From Ancylonema sp. (Eukaryota): 56,771 bases of DNA. A program made the translations under genes and the position numbers. The notes below the pieces were generated by a model. The model saw nothing but the letters and a program-made list of their open reading frames with translations, did no database searches and was not told the DNA's origin. Position 1 is the first letter of the stretch. Every line of letters begins with the position of its first letter. Location of the stretch: the NCBI GenBank assembly GCA_050230475.1, contig JBFLGF010000067.1, positions 62,001-118,771 on the forward strand, given 5' to 3'. Positions 1 to 12,949 of this stretch are shown here, piece by piece.

Positions 1-2015
1 TATTGACTTTCGCGGCAGATCATATCCTACATGTGAGGAGTGGCTGACCTCACAAACCACCAAAAAACCCTAAACTCTCACCCCTAAACCCATAACCCCA
101 AACCCTGAAACCTAGATCCGAAGTCCTGAACCAGTAACCCTAAACTATATGTCTCCTCTTCATGGTGCTTGGAGAGCAAGCTTTGGGCGATTCAGTCGGA
201 TGGTTTGGTGTGTACTCAGAATCGATACCTCACAAAAGGCACTCTAGTGCAGTTCTGGTTCCGTTAACCGACACGGATTTGTGGGAAGCTTCCTGGCAGT
301 TGCCTTCTGCTCGTTTCCTGTACCTGTACCACGCTTCCCCCCGCTGGTACCAATTCTTAACAGCCACCTTCTGCCATGCCAACTGGTGAGAGGGTGGGAC
401 GGCTTGGGGGAATGTGAGGGTTGGGGACTCGATGGAATGTCAAACATGAACCTTGAATTTGGAGTGAGAAAATTTTGTATCATGTCACATCCAAGTATCT
501 CCACATTTTGAAAGGCTCTAATATTTAGGAAGGCTCTAATGTGAACTCTCAGCTTTCCATCCGGACTCGTTAACGTAAACCCTTAAAAAGATCCTACTAA
601 GGCCTGATTGAAAGGTTTGCAAATCTTATAAAAATAACGACGAATGGGGAAGGTCTCGGTGGGACGGGGGTTCGGTCCATAGTCCATCCTCTGACAGTGG
701 TGAGGGTGGGGGGGGTGGGGTGGCAGGGCGCACCTCTCAGGCAACTTATTCTTTGTGTACATATTCGGTAAGCCCCAAATCTTAATCCCTGGATGCAGTG
801 GAAGGCTTCAATTTAGGTTAATATTTAGGTTTCAGGGTCTATGGTCGAGAAAGTCTCCAGCTCAGGAGTTTGATTTTCCTCAATCTTGAGATGTGGTTTC
901 AGAGCTGGCCTTTCCTATCTCTCAGAACCCAGCGGAATGGCAGAATGAATGGTAGAATGGCAGAATGGCAGAATGGCAGAATGGCAGAAAGGGAAGGTAA
1001 ACGTCTTTTGGGGCGGCAGGCAAGCTTGTGGAGGAGGAGGAGGGCAGCTTTGGCGTGTGGGCCTCTTACATCGTGACAGGTGTCGGGGCCAACATCCTCT
1101 CCTGGCTCCTCCTCCCCTCTGACTGCGTGTCCATGGGCGCGTCTGGCGCCGTGTTTGGCCTCTTTGTCGTAGCGGCACTGGTGAAGGTGAGATGATGTCA
1201 GCACGTGTGACGTGGCGGCTCCCCATTGGGTGGGCTTGCATGGGAGGGGTAGGGGGGGAGGAAGGGGAGGGAGAGGAGGGGGCAGGTGGAGGTCAGTGTG
1301 TTCCTCGCAGAACTGATGAGGTGGCAACATGGGAGGTTGTGGTGTGATGACATCAGCATGTGACGTCATCATGTGACGTCATCACGTGACGTCATCATAT
1401 GACGTTGTGCAGGCGCAGGAATGGGGGGAGGCTTTGTGGCTGGGTGTGAGGCACGCATGAGGTCCCGATTTTGAAGTGTGACCGGCGTTGCAGCATTCGT
1501 TTACGCTGTTACTGATGGGAAACGGGATTGTCCCCCCTCCCCCGTTGCAGCTCTCCTGGAATTGGCGTAAAATAATCGAGTTTGCGATTGTGGGTCAGTT
1601 TGTGGTCGAAAAGGTGAGTGCGCGCGCGCGTCAGAGTGTACGCCAGAGCACTCCAGGAAGCGGACCCTCTCTGTTTTTTCGTTTCAAAATTCTGCTCCCT
1701 TTGTTCGGAGAGAGCATCCACATCCATCCACATATATGAGGACCAATGCAAGCGGTTCGTGCCGTTGATGTGCCTGTATGAAGTTCAGAAGACCTTCTCT
1801 CGCTGACTGGCTGAGGGACGTTGCATCTGGGGCAGGAGATATCTGAAGCCCAGGCTTCGACCCGCATGGGGGGCCAGCTGACGGGGGTGGGAGGGATCAA
1901 CCATGTGGCTCATCTGGGAGGCGCTTTGATTGGGGTGCTCCTCATGTACCTTGTAACAAGGCTGCCTTTGGCGGGCGATAGTGGGAAAGATGGGAAAGGG
2001 AGAGAGGAGCCGTAG
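1..2015 (+). CDS. RBL11: Rhomboid-like protease RBL11, partial duplicate (5' end outside the window)
   Basis: Same exons as 15601-17614: LYLYHASPRWYQFLTATFCHANW, GASGAVFGLF, INHVAHLGGAL. Stop at 2015. Confidence 0.8.
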
Positions 2016-3171
2016 TTTCTTTCTTTTTTTCAGATCGTAGGACATATAAGTGGTTCTATTTTGTGGGTACAGGTCTACTCTGTCTGTATTTTAATATGGA
2101 TTGGGGTGGGGGAAGGACGTTGGTCGGTATTCTTCATTATTATTCTGGGGACTACCCCACATTAACCACCCATAATGGAGTTTGTAAAATATAATAGAGA
2201 TTGTACGATACAAGTATGGCTACAAGGTTGCGTTTTGCGCCACAAACTGTCTTTTCCGCTGCTTTGTGGTTCTGAAATGGAGGTGCCGCTCGAAAAGTGA
2301 GGCAGATCTGTACAAATCTTCCCCATACATTGGACCATATTTTTGCACAAATTGGCAACTTTAGGGTTCTGAGCTGGGCGGACGTAGGTCTGACGCGGCA
2401 GGCGAGCGACCTTCAGAACCGACCTTTTGGGATTTACCACGAATCCAAGATTCTTAAAATTCGAAAATGACGTACACACCTTCGACACTCGATGTCTTAA
2501 GAACCCCTAAAACAGGGCAGACTTTTGGCTTTGTTTCACACCCCAGGCGGCCTTGGGGCGGTAACCGGGCATCAACTGGACCTTGAATCCATTTGTGACA
2601 GTTGTGCATTTGGTTGTTTGCGACAGTGGTTCACGGCTTCACACGACACGTGCTGAGTATCATTTTGAAGAGGCCAGGCGCCCCGGCAGAGGATGTATCT
2701 ATTTGGAGTGTCGGATTTGTGCAAAGAATTATATAATGAACGAGTACACCACACTAGCAACCTTTCCATTCCTGACTGGTTCAAAATCGGAATGTAGGAA
2801 AATCCAACCACATCCCTATGATGCCAGACAAGCTTTTCAACACTTCTGACGAGATAGACTGCAGAAAGTCGAGTGACGTAGATGTCTTTCCAACACCTAA
2901 GTTCTCCAAAGTCAAGTGCTACAATTTTAAGTACTCTACTCAACCCCACCCTGCGCCTCTTTACCCCTGATTGCCCTGAGTAAGGCCAGGCCTAGCGCTT
3001 TTGCCAGGGGGGGAGGTACGGCATGTCCAATTTGCCGGTGCTTGGCTTGAATGGTGCCGGCGAACTGGAAGCTGTCAGGAAAACCCTGAACCCCGAAAAC
3101 CCAAAAACTCTTCTGTCAGACTCTCCCTCCCACCCCCAACTGCGTATCGAATCCGATTCGTTCACGCCCCT
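1..3171. repeat. Near-identical copy of 15601-18770 (RBL11 3' part and MET1 last exon), ending at N 3172
   Basis: ORFs repeat at offset 15600, then 15599 after a 1-nt G-run difference near 1255. The match ends exactly at the N. Confidence 0.97.
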
Positions 3172-6100
3172 NATAGATATACAAATGCGATAAACGAACG
3201 TACACAAACAAATGCACAAATGAAATGCGATCCAGATGCTTTCTGACACCTCTGATGAGGCCACGAGGACATGGGCAGCCATAGAAATTGTCACCTGTCG
3301 CAGTCTCATCGGCTTCCTGTTTCGGGATTCAGAGAGAGAGAGAGGAGGAGAGGGAGGAGGGGCATTCTGCGACTTGACCCCAAAAAAACCCTTAAAAAAA
3401 TCCCGAAAAAAAAACCCTTTAAAAAACCCTAAAGAAAACCCTGGAAAAACTGACCGAGTGTTTCAGCTTTCGAGTCTTGGCGTTGTATGTGGAGGCGCAG
3501 AAGAAGACGGTGTCCGTTTCCGGAACCTCCAAACTCGCATCTGCCCCCCGCTTTGTGACAAAGCATTTGCCCACCACCTCCTCCACCGACACTTGGGCGG
3601 TGTCGTGGGAGAAGTACACCTGTCACACGTGCGAGTACAGCCACCGTTATGCACCGCACCGACCTCACCCTCGCCAGCTTTGGCCCACAACTTCATGACT
3701 GAATTAGAGGGGATATAATTCGACAGAGTTGACACAATGTGGAACGGTAGGAGGGGCCGGAGGGGGGGGGGAACCTTTTTTCACAATCAATATTTTATAA
3801 TATTGAAAAGCAGCCTGATCCAGGTAGTACATCTATGCACCCCCCCCCCCCTTCACAACAATAGAAGGTTGACACAAATCCCACCATCCCATATCAAACG
3901 CATCCCCTCTCACCTCATTCAGATCTGAAGAGTACGCCATCTCGTCACTAACATCTTCCGGTCGGTAGAACCGTCGCACCGACACCCGCTCACCCCCCAC
4001 CTCCCTCCCCACCCTCTCCCCATCCCCGACCATCCCCTCCACCTGCCCCACCGCCCAGGCTTTCAGCCCAATGTTCCTCCTCCCCTTCACCTTCTCCCCC
4101 TTGCCTTTCGCCGCAACCCCTCTCTGTTGCCCCACCTGCCAGGAAGGTTCCAGGGTCCAGGAACACAAAATCCCCGGCCCTGTACTCCTCGCCCTGAACC
4201 CTAAACCCTGCACCATCCGGCAGCAGCTTTGCCCGGAGGACCTCCTCTTTCACACACCTGACTGTGCAGGCCCCACATGTTCCACTGCCGGAGGCTATTC
4301 CTGTTGGGAGGTCGAAGAAGGCCCCTTGAGAGGGGGAATAAAGTTTGGCACAAAACACCTCTTCTGCCAGCCCCTTCAGTTTCCTCTCCCTCACTCCGCC
4401 CACCCATGCCTCGCGATCACTGAACGTAGCATCCCTCACCTCGTACTCAAATGTCGGGACTTGCTCCCGTAGACTGATACAGGACCTGCCAGCGGATAGC
4501 ACACAGGGTATTTCAAATAAGAAGTATTTCTCGTCCGGATCACGGTTTCCCCCACACTTCTGCAGAGCCCACACCAATCCCCCTAGAGACACAGACAAGA
4601 AGTCCCCCCCCCCCCCTGTCCGGTTTTGCACTATAAACACACAGAATTACCTGATGGAGTCCAAGGGAGCATCTCGACACTCCTCTGTCAGAAACACCTC
4701 CCCTTCCGTCGCAGCATTGCCCAGAACGGTTTTCTCCCCCCTCTCCACCACTCGCCCATGGACCATCTTCCCTCCCCTCTCATCTTCCCACAGGTACTCC
4801 ACCCACAATATCGCCACCTGTCCCTCCTCCTCCCCCCTCTCACCCTCAACCCCCTCCCCCACAATAACCGCACCCCCAACTTCAATCTTCATTCCATCAA
4901 CCGTTGCTTTGGTGTACACCCGACTCCCATCCTCCCTCTTGCTGCTACCCTTCCCTACCCACCTCACCCCTCCAGCCGGAGCCTTCCGTTTCTTGCTCCC
5001 CCCATCCATCCCCTCCTTACTTTTCTCTCCTTTTATCTCTACCATTGCCACCTCCTCCTCATCTTCACTATCCGCCTCCTGCACCTCCTCCTCGATAACC
5101 GGAACCGCTTCCCCTCCCTCAGCTCCCTCCTGTACCCTCTGCTTCTCATAGAACCCCTCCCAGATGCTCTTCACAAGTCTGGTGGTCGTCGCTGGCATGG
5201 GCTTTCTTTTCGTTGCGTCAGGCCTCAGGCCTGCACTGGGATTGTTATTGCGCCCATGGCCCTTGAGCCCCTTCTTTGTGACCGTCAGTTTGGTGTGGTG
5301 CCTCTCCAGCATCTTCGCCTCAAGAGTCGAGGCAAAGGCACTCCTCCGTACGGCGCTGTCAGGATACTCGCGGAACTGCTGAAGAATGATCTGGCCATGG
5401 ACCACCAGGTGCCTCTCCAAACAATCCAGCAACTGCTTACCCACAGCCTTACTTTCGTCGATGCGCTTCTGCACAGCACAGGATTCGAGTCAGAAGAGGA
5501 ATGGTTCAAAGTCACATCAAATAAAATCAAAATAAAATGAACTGAAATAAAACATTTCAAAGCAAATCAAATTGTTTTAAATTGTTTTCGATAGGGACGG
5601 CCAGCGGAATAACCCATGGCAGGAAAGGTGGCATAGGTCTAGAGACCGCCAAGAAACGATGGGGACATCACTTATCCATCCAATCAAGTTTATTGACTCT
5701 TAGAGCCCCATTGAAATGACCATCCTCTGAGTTTGTCACAATTTTCACAGTCACTTAGGGCAACAACCCTGATGAAATTGTGCACCCAGTCACTGACCCG
5801 CACTGCGATCTTCTGCACCACGTCAGAGAAAGAGAGACGAGACGCCCTTGTCTCTGCCTTCAGCATGGTGATGATATCCACAGCCAGCTTCCCGATCTTC
5901 AGCACTGGTTCGTAGAAGGGCTGGTATTGCTCCGACGGCTTCCCTAGCCGATACCATCGCATGTCAGTTTTCACCCAAATGAATAGCAGGTCGGCACCAA
6001 ACTCTATCTTCCACTCCCTAATGGCACTCAGGAAGATTCTGAGCCCCCCCGACCCCTGAGCCTCCTGCTTCTTTCCAGCCCCTGCCCCATCCGAGCTGCT

Positions 6101-7367
6101 GCTCCCAGCCACGTCTGCAGAACTTATGCCAGATCCAGAGGGTCCAACGGGGCCGTCTAATTCGTTCTCGATATTGTACCCGCACCCATCGTCAGCAGAA
6201 ACGACCCCTGATCCAAAAATCGAGATGTCTCCATGCACGCCTGCGAGCATGGGCAGTAGCTCGAGTGACACGAGGCGAGCCTCGCCGTTGTACAGCGTCC
6301 ATTCTTCCAACTTCTGCTCATCCCTGTACATGAACTCAATGTCCTCGTCCTCTGACAACAGGATGAGCTCGTCCATTTCGTCTTCTTGTTTCTGTCAAGG
6401 AAAGCACCAGTTCAAGGAGTCATCGATGCTCTACACGTGGAAGGGAATTTGAGAGAGCATGGCGATGATCAGGGGGGTAACTGTCTGCAGAGATTCAGAT
6501 TTATATACATGATCTCACATCTGAAGCTGTAGGATGCTTGTCAGATATTCTGAGGTGCCTCTCGAATACGACACAGCCCTATGACTGAAGTCTTGGTCCC
6601 GATTGGCTCTCTGTCTAAGCTGACTGGATACATTCACGGCCGGCGCAGGGGAGTATGAAAAATTCGCACCTCGAAAAACGTTGGGGCGGGGTAGTCAGCT
6701 GCAATTTCATCCTCATTGATTTTGATGTATGTCGTGGTTGACCCTGCACCAGCGCAGCACAGCACTACCATTTGTCCCAAGAATCTGTTACAGGCTTACA
6801 TCGTGACGATCACTGCACCAATTTGCAATGAGATGCTTAAATTCTGACTTGCACCATTATAGCGATACCAGTCAGGAGGACACCGCCGTAGTCCAGTCTG
6901 CATCTACCACTCATTACTGTGCTTCTGACAGGTGTCCATTGGCCAGTCCATTGTCTACTCACACATGTTTCGCTTCTTGATCTGACTCGAGCTTCAGTTC
7001 ACTACATCTCGATCGTTTACATCAATGCGAGTCATCCCTGTTTCGATGTGATTCCAGCAGGATGATAAGCGCTCCTCTCTATGGATTACCCAGGAGTGCA
7101 GCAATTTAGACCTGAAGAGTTCAGGAACATTGAATCAAGCACTGCCTTACCTGCAGGCGGCTGCCCCATCCGCTGCCTGCGCTTCTGTAGACTGGACACA
7201 GGGGCTTCCACCCCCGTGGCGATCTGTTGTGTGAGCTCCTCATTTGAAGTCAAGGTCGATGTTGGCTCTTCTGTACTCCCACTCACATTCTCCTCAATTT
7301 TTACAGGCGAAGGCTCCGTGGCACTGCCAGTTACTTGAGCTCGCCTCCGTGACACTCGCGCAACCAT
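2936..7367 (-). pseudogene. MET1: Broken duplicate of MET1: catalytic exons for motifs I-VIII and the TRD missing at N 3172, plus a 1-bp frameshift near 4116. Probably an assembly by-product
   Basis: Matches 18535-18770 and 21204-25396. 'ccgcaacccc' (4111) vs 'ccgcacccct' (22141) splits the BAH2 ORF. Confidence 0.75.
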
Positions 7368-10300
7368 GTTGATTCAGGTGGTTACGTGGTCAGTCGCGGA
7401 TGCCGTTTACCTCCACTTTGTCGAGTTCCACAGCCGCCACGTGTCACCCTCCTCCCCCCGCCACCTGTACAGAAACATGCGGGGCGACGAGGCCCACACC
7501 AAGTGCCCTGACCTGGAACTCATTCAAGTCCCCATCGCACACGGCCATGCTGACCTCACAACCTACCGGGCGGCCGGCTCTGAGGTTCCCCCCCCCCTTA
7601 CCCCTCTTATTCCTCTTACCTACCCCAGCAAAAGCAGCGCATGTACCCCATCAACTCTAAGCCCATGAATTAGTTTGTACCATACCCATTCCTTTTAGGT
7701 GCCACCTCCCCCCTTACCCCTCCAGGTGGTTTCCATCCTTCAGAGAGTGGGTAAGACGGAGCGCGCCTCCATCGACGAGGCCTACATTGACCTCACTGCG
7801 GCCGCCCGGGAGAAAATGAAGACACAGCCCTTCCAGACCCGCGCCCTTCCTGCAGACACGGCTGCGACTCACGTGCTGGGACTGCCCTCCTCAGTGAGCC
7901 TCGGCTACACCTGGATACAGGCACGTGTGACGGGGGCGAATGAGAGTCGGCATGCTGACTCAGCAGGTGCGGTGCAGGAGGAGGGGGCGGTGGCCACCTG
8001 GCTGTGCGACCCTTTTGCCAGTGAGGAGCAGCGGCTGCTGAGTGCGGGGGCGGTTATTGTGGCAGAACTGCGGGCGACCATTGTGGCAGAAACCGGATTC
8101 ACCACTTCTGCCGGCGTGGCTCACAACAAGATGCTCGCCAAACTGTGCTCTGGCCTCCACAAGCCCTTCCAGCAGACCCTTCTGCCAACCCCAGCAGTGG
8201 CAGAACAGCTGGACAGCCTGCCCATCCCAAAACTGTGAGCTTCTCAGTAAGCATCCCCCAGATTACCTCTCTATACCCTCTCCTCTTTCTTACCCCTGTC
8301 CTCCCTGTCCCCCGGTGCCACGCACGCCAGCAAGCAGCTGGGCGGCAAGCTGGGGCAGAAGGTGCAGGCAGAGTTGAAGGTGGAGAGTGTGGGGGAGGTG
8401 AGGGCCTTCCCACAGGCGAAGCTGCAGGAGCTGCTGGGGACTAACGCCGGGTAACCGCAACCTCGGGTAACCAGTTTGGGGGTCAAATGCAGTAACTGGA
8501 AGATCTGAAAGTGGAGAGGGAGAGAGGCTTCCACATGAGAGACAGGTGTAGAGAGAGAGAGAGGAACATAGAGCCGAATCCGGGAACCACCACCCCCCCC
8601 TCCACAGAGAATGGCTGTACCTGGCCTGTCGAGGCATAGACGGCAGTGCCGTGGCAGAAAGAGTTCTGCCCAAGTCCCACAGCTGCGGCAAATCCTTCTT
8701 CGGCCCCGTCAACATGCTCAGATACTGGCCTCAGGTGCCCATCCCCCATCCCCCATCCCCCATCCCCCATCCCCCATCCCCCATCCCCCATCCCCCATCC
8801 CCCGCTGCCAGAAAGAGTCCGCTTTAAGTAATGGCGCCTGTCTGGACTGAAGTCAACCCTGGAGTAAAGTCAAACATCAATTCTTGGGTCGCCAGGTGGA
8901 GAAATGGGTGACCGAGATGGCATCTGAGCTCTGGGAGCGTTTGGAGTCGGACTATGAAGACAACGGGCGGAGAAGTCGTCTCCTCACCACCCACGCCTCC
9001 TTCGTTTTCGTAAACACAAAACCGCGAAACCACCCAACCACAGAACCACAGAACCACAAAGACACAAAAAGGCAAAAAGACAACAACCCAAAAACACCCA
9101 AAAAAAAAAAAAAAAAAAAAACTACACCACACTCCTTCCACCAACTACCCCTCACACCACCTCTTTCCACAACCCCTCTGCCTGACTGGCAGGGCCGTCC
9201 CCCCAACGAGAGCCACAAACACGTGTCCAGATCGGCCCCCCTGAGGGAGGGCGCCGCTGCCATAGCAGGGGATGGGATGACCGCATTAAGGAGGCTGTGG
9301 GTGGAGAACCGTCCAGACCCCACAGCAGAGTGGGGAGTAGAGGGGTTAACCGTGGGGGCTTCCAACATCACAGCACCTCCCCCTGTAAGTGCCTCCACGG
9401 ATGATGACGTCATGGGGATGACGTCATCACGATGTCATCATGTCGACAGCTGATTGAGGCGGTGGGTGGCAGGGAAACGCTTCCATCAAATACTTTATGT
9501 TGCCTTCAACGACCCCCCGTGCGCTCCCAGAGGAGAGTCTACGGGCGGACCCGGGCACAGTCCCTCCAATGCCAGGTGGCAGCGGGGGAGAGGATGCTGT
9601 CTGCGGTGGGATGGAGGAGGTGCCATGTGGCGGCAGAGGAGATGTGCCAGGTGGCAGGGAGCCACAGGGAGTTACCACGGCTGAGTCAGCAGATGGGACA
9701 GGTGGCACTCACAAGGCACGGACACGCGGCGGCTCAGAACAAGAGACGCTTGTGGAGTGCATTAGGAAAGCGGCTGAGAGAGGTGTCAGGGAGGGACAGG
9801 TGTCACTTTGTGAGGAGCCGAATGTGCGACACCCAGTCAAGGCGGGACGGGACAATCCGCGCAGCAGTGGTGACGTGGCAGACCCTGTCGACAATGTTGC
9901 TGTCGCTAACGAAGCAGATGGCTGCCACCTGGCAGCGCCATCATTGCAGAGAAGCTCAGAAGCCACATCAGCACCCCTTGGAGGGACCTGTTCCCCACCT
10001 CCCCTGCCATCACAACAAAAACCAATGCTTGGAAAGAAGGGGCATCAGTGTGACAGTCTAAAAACGCTGTGGGACCAGGCAGTGACAGGTGTCAAAGTCC
10101 CCACCCACCGACAATCTCAAGTCGAAGTCCCCTGGGAAGATGTGTATGCTGAGGGCAGCGTAGAGGTGGATGTGTTGGCGGCATTGCCGCCCGTGATAAG
10201 GAGGGAGGTAGAGGCCTCGCTATTGCGTGCAAGGAGACAAAAAAGGGCCAAAGCAGAAGCACCCAAGGGTATATCAAGGTTCTTTACGTGATGTGGTCTA

Positions 10301-11979
10301 TGTTGGCGGAGTGGTGTCGGCCTCTCATCTTATTTTCCTTCTTGCAAGCTTGTTGGCAACAAATGGTCACAATGTACATGTGGTCGCTTTATAATTCAAT
10401 AAAATGGGAGGAGTGAGAGTACGCAAACCAACAACTCAAATCCATCTCCCCACAATCCTCAAATGCAGTTGCAAATATAGTTCCATCCTAGTGACTTTAT
10501 GCATCCTCACTGTCATTGTTGAAGGTTTGGATGTTTTGAGAGGCTAATCGAAAACTAGTATTCACTAAACCCCCTATTGGTCAAAATTTCTCCCAACCTC
10601 GTAACACATTCAAAATTGTGACAAATGGATTCCTCGTTGATCTTGTCAACTTATGGTGATTGGGTTCGTTTCGTTAAGAATCGTCGACAAAAACATAAAT
10701 CCAAAATTCTTATGCCACGGGTTTAGGGTGCGACAGTTAGAGCGATGTTTTTGACAGTGTTTGGCCGGAAAGTGGACTATCATTCGTGGAAAATGTGGTT
10801 AAAACGGGCTTATCAACAACTTGTGGAGCCTCAGAGTGAAGTTGCAGCAAAGTGGTGCTTATCAAGTAAGAGGCATTTGCGAGGTGTGTGTAATTATGTG
10901 ACGCGATGTATGGTAGATTATGTGGAAAGGCTAGGCTATCTCTAAAGCGTTGATGACTTGCCATTTTGGGGGAAAGTGGTAAGGCGGCTACCGGAGTTTG
11001 ACCTACGATGGCGTTAGCGTAATGAACACATCTCCTATGTGAATTCAATTGATAAGACAATATCTTGTACTAACCAATCATGGCTTACAGATTTTTCTGA
11101 ACTCATCATCATCGATATGACTAAGTAAGCTTTATACAGCTTTTGTGTGATACAAAATGTTGATACTTGCATGAGCCATTATGTGTCTTCATCATCGGCG
11201 CTCGTGCCCACACACACACACACAGTGTCTAAAGATACTGCAAAGTTGACGCTAGGGGGGGTATACATTACCTTTAAAAGTGGGAGAATGAGGACTTTGG
11301 ACATATGAGTTGGCTAATTGAAAATCGATGATCAATGGGTTCATTTACGTGTTTCTTCGGATATTACGGTGTAAGGCCCGGGGGTTTAAGGTAATGGGGG
11401 CTTTAAAGTAAACCCCCCGAAGTTGCTATTGTACGACATGTGACAGGGGGGCTGACTTCAATTCATTGTAACCGAATAAGAGAATAATGGAGGGAATGTA
11501 TTGTTGGAAAGGAATACCACAAGCATTATTCAGGGTAATTCATGTTATTGCTACGTGGAAATAGGTTGAGACGATTGTGCGAGGTGAATTACTTCACGGG
11601 GTAGCTTTTTTCCTCAAGACTGACATTTTGCACTTTGTCGGCCCGGGCTAGCCCGATACCGATGCCTACGCATCCTACTTTTCCCAACGTAACGGTTATA
11701 CAGATATGGTGTACGGTACTAGTCCAAAGTTTGCGAAATATTGTACGAATGAATGTATTAGAATGAATTAGAATGAATTGAACACAAATAATTACCATTT
11801 GAAGAAATATTTTTGATGCAGAGGCCCTAGGATCTTCACGCTCTCATTAATCGACAACTTCTCTGTGAGGGGGGTTTGAGCGCTCCGGTTTGATTGGCCG
11901 GGCGAAGTTGCAAAAGTATCGGTGGGTCGAGGTCCATCCCCCAGCGCCCCCATTCCCGTTTGGATTGGGGACGCGCACA
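3174..11979. repeat. Near-identical copy of 21204-31251 with a 1244-bp internal deletion, bounded by Ns
   Basis: Offsets run 18030, 18029, 19273, 19266, 19272. Differences: 1-bp indel near 4116, deletion after 7413, one CCCCCAT unit near 8750, 6-bp indel (ggagct) near 10378. Confidence 0.97.
7473..10291 (+). pseudogene. POLH: Duplicate of POLH lacking the promoter, start codon and first three exons
   Basis: Identical to 26746-29557 from the NMRGDEA exon onward. The exons encoding FDLDCFY and GGGLIAVSYEAR fall in the deleted 1244 bp. Confidence 0.75.
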
Positions 11980-11984
11980 NAATT

Positions 11985-12432
11985 TTTCGACAAAAAAGAT
12001 AAAACAATACCATCCCATCATGACAATCCTTTTCGTTCCTTTAAATGTGCCTCATATGCCTTGAAATGGATGGATGAGGTAATCAATAATTACTTTGGTG
12101 AACCACCGCATTTCACACAATATATGCGAGTGAATATAATTCCATTTATTTGAAGTACTCACACTCCAAAACGTAAATAAGACAATAGGTGTTGGCTTTG
12201 TTAAAGGCAACGGCTCGCATGCCCGAATCTATACTTTCGACAAAAAAACATAAAACAATACCATCCCATCATGACAATCCTTTACGTTCCTTTAGATGTG
12301 CCTCATACTCCTTGAAATAGATGGAGGAAGTAAACGACCGTTACCTTGGACAACCATCGCATCTCACATTACATGCGAGTGAAAATTATACCATTGTAAG
12401 TATTCAAGCTCCAATTAGCAAATAAGACAATA
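11985..12432. repeat. Diverged direct repeat, two ~200-bp units about 250 bp apart
   Basis: 'ttcgacaaaaaa..aaaacaataccatcccatcatgacaatccttt.cgttccttta.atgtgcctcata' at ~11986 and ~12236. Similarity continues to 'aaataagacaata'. Confidence 0.8.
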
Positions 12433-12504
12433 TTTCATGGTGGATTTTTCTCAGCGACATGGCAGACGAAGTTCACGACCTCTGAGAGCAAAATTTTGAG
12501 ATTC

Positions 12505-12640
12505 CCTCGTTACAGGCACATCTGCCCCAGGGCCCCTGGCAAATGTGTCTGGAACGCGATACCGCGTTACAGACACAACCTCGTTACAGGCACACTTTTT
12601 CGGTGTCCCAAGAGTGTACCTGTAACGAGTATTTACTGTA
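12505..12640. mobile_element. One end of a probable Tc1/mariner-pogo-type MITE
   Basis: Ends in TGTACCTGTAACGAGTATTTACTG-TA (reverse complement TA-CAGTAAATACTCGTTACAGG). Subterminal copies of CTCGTTACAGGCACA at ~12506 and ~12580, plus an internal hairpin. No partner end found. Confidence 0.5.
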
Positions 12641-12815
12641 TATAATATATAACTGCCTAGCAGAAAGGCGAAGAGGAGCAGAGTTCAGTCGGGGCCAACA
12701 TTGGCTGAGACCGGCAACCACGCTTATCGTTTTATTCCTAATCCTAAAAACCTTGAGTTGGTCGTTAGCTCGCCATGTCAGATCATACCATTCACCAGGG
12801 TCGTCAGCATTAGCA

Positions 12816-12949
12816 GACATTTCACTCCGATTCTCGGTTAACAATGAGTACGGAAGTCGAAGAGTTGCTGAAACTTTGGCAAGGCACGTGGCGCGTAGAG
12901 ACGTGATTATGTTGCATGGGCCAGTTGGCACGCGGAAATCCTATTTCAG
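12816..12949 (+). pseudogene. TsaE/YjeE-like P-loop ATPase N-terminal fragment
   Basis: SRRVAETLARHVARRDVIMLHGPVGTRKSYF resembles the TsaE N-terminus (GD-hydrophobic strand-GxxGAGKS). Walker A has Arg for Gly. No downstream SPT or HxDLYR exons seen. Confidence 0.5.

Noticed and set aside
12505..12630. Repeated CTCGTTACAGG motif with spacers, superficially CRISPR-like
   Set aside because: Too short, irregularly spaced, present in both orientations, eukaryotic context and no cas genes. Better explained as a transposon end.
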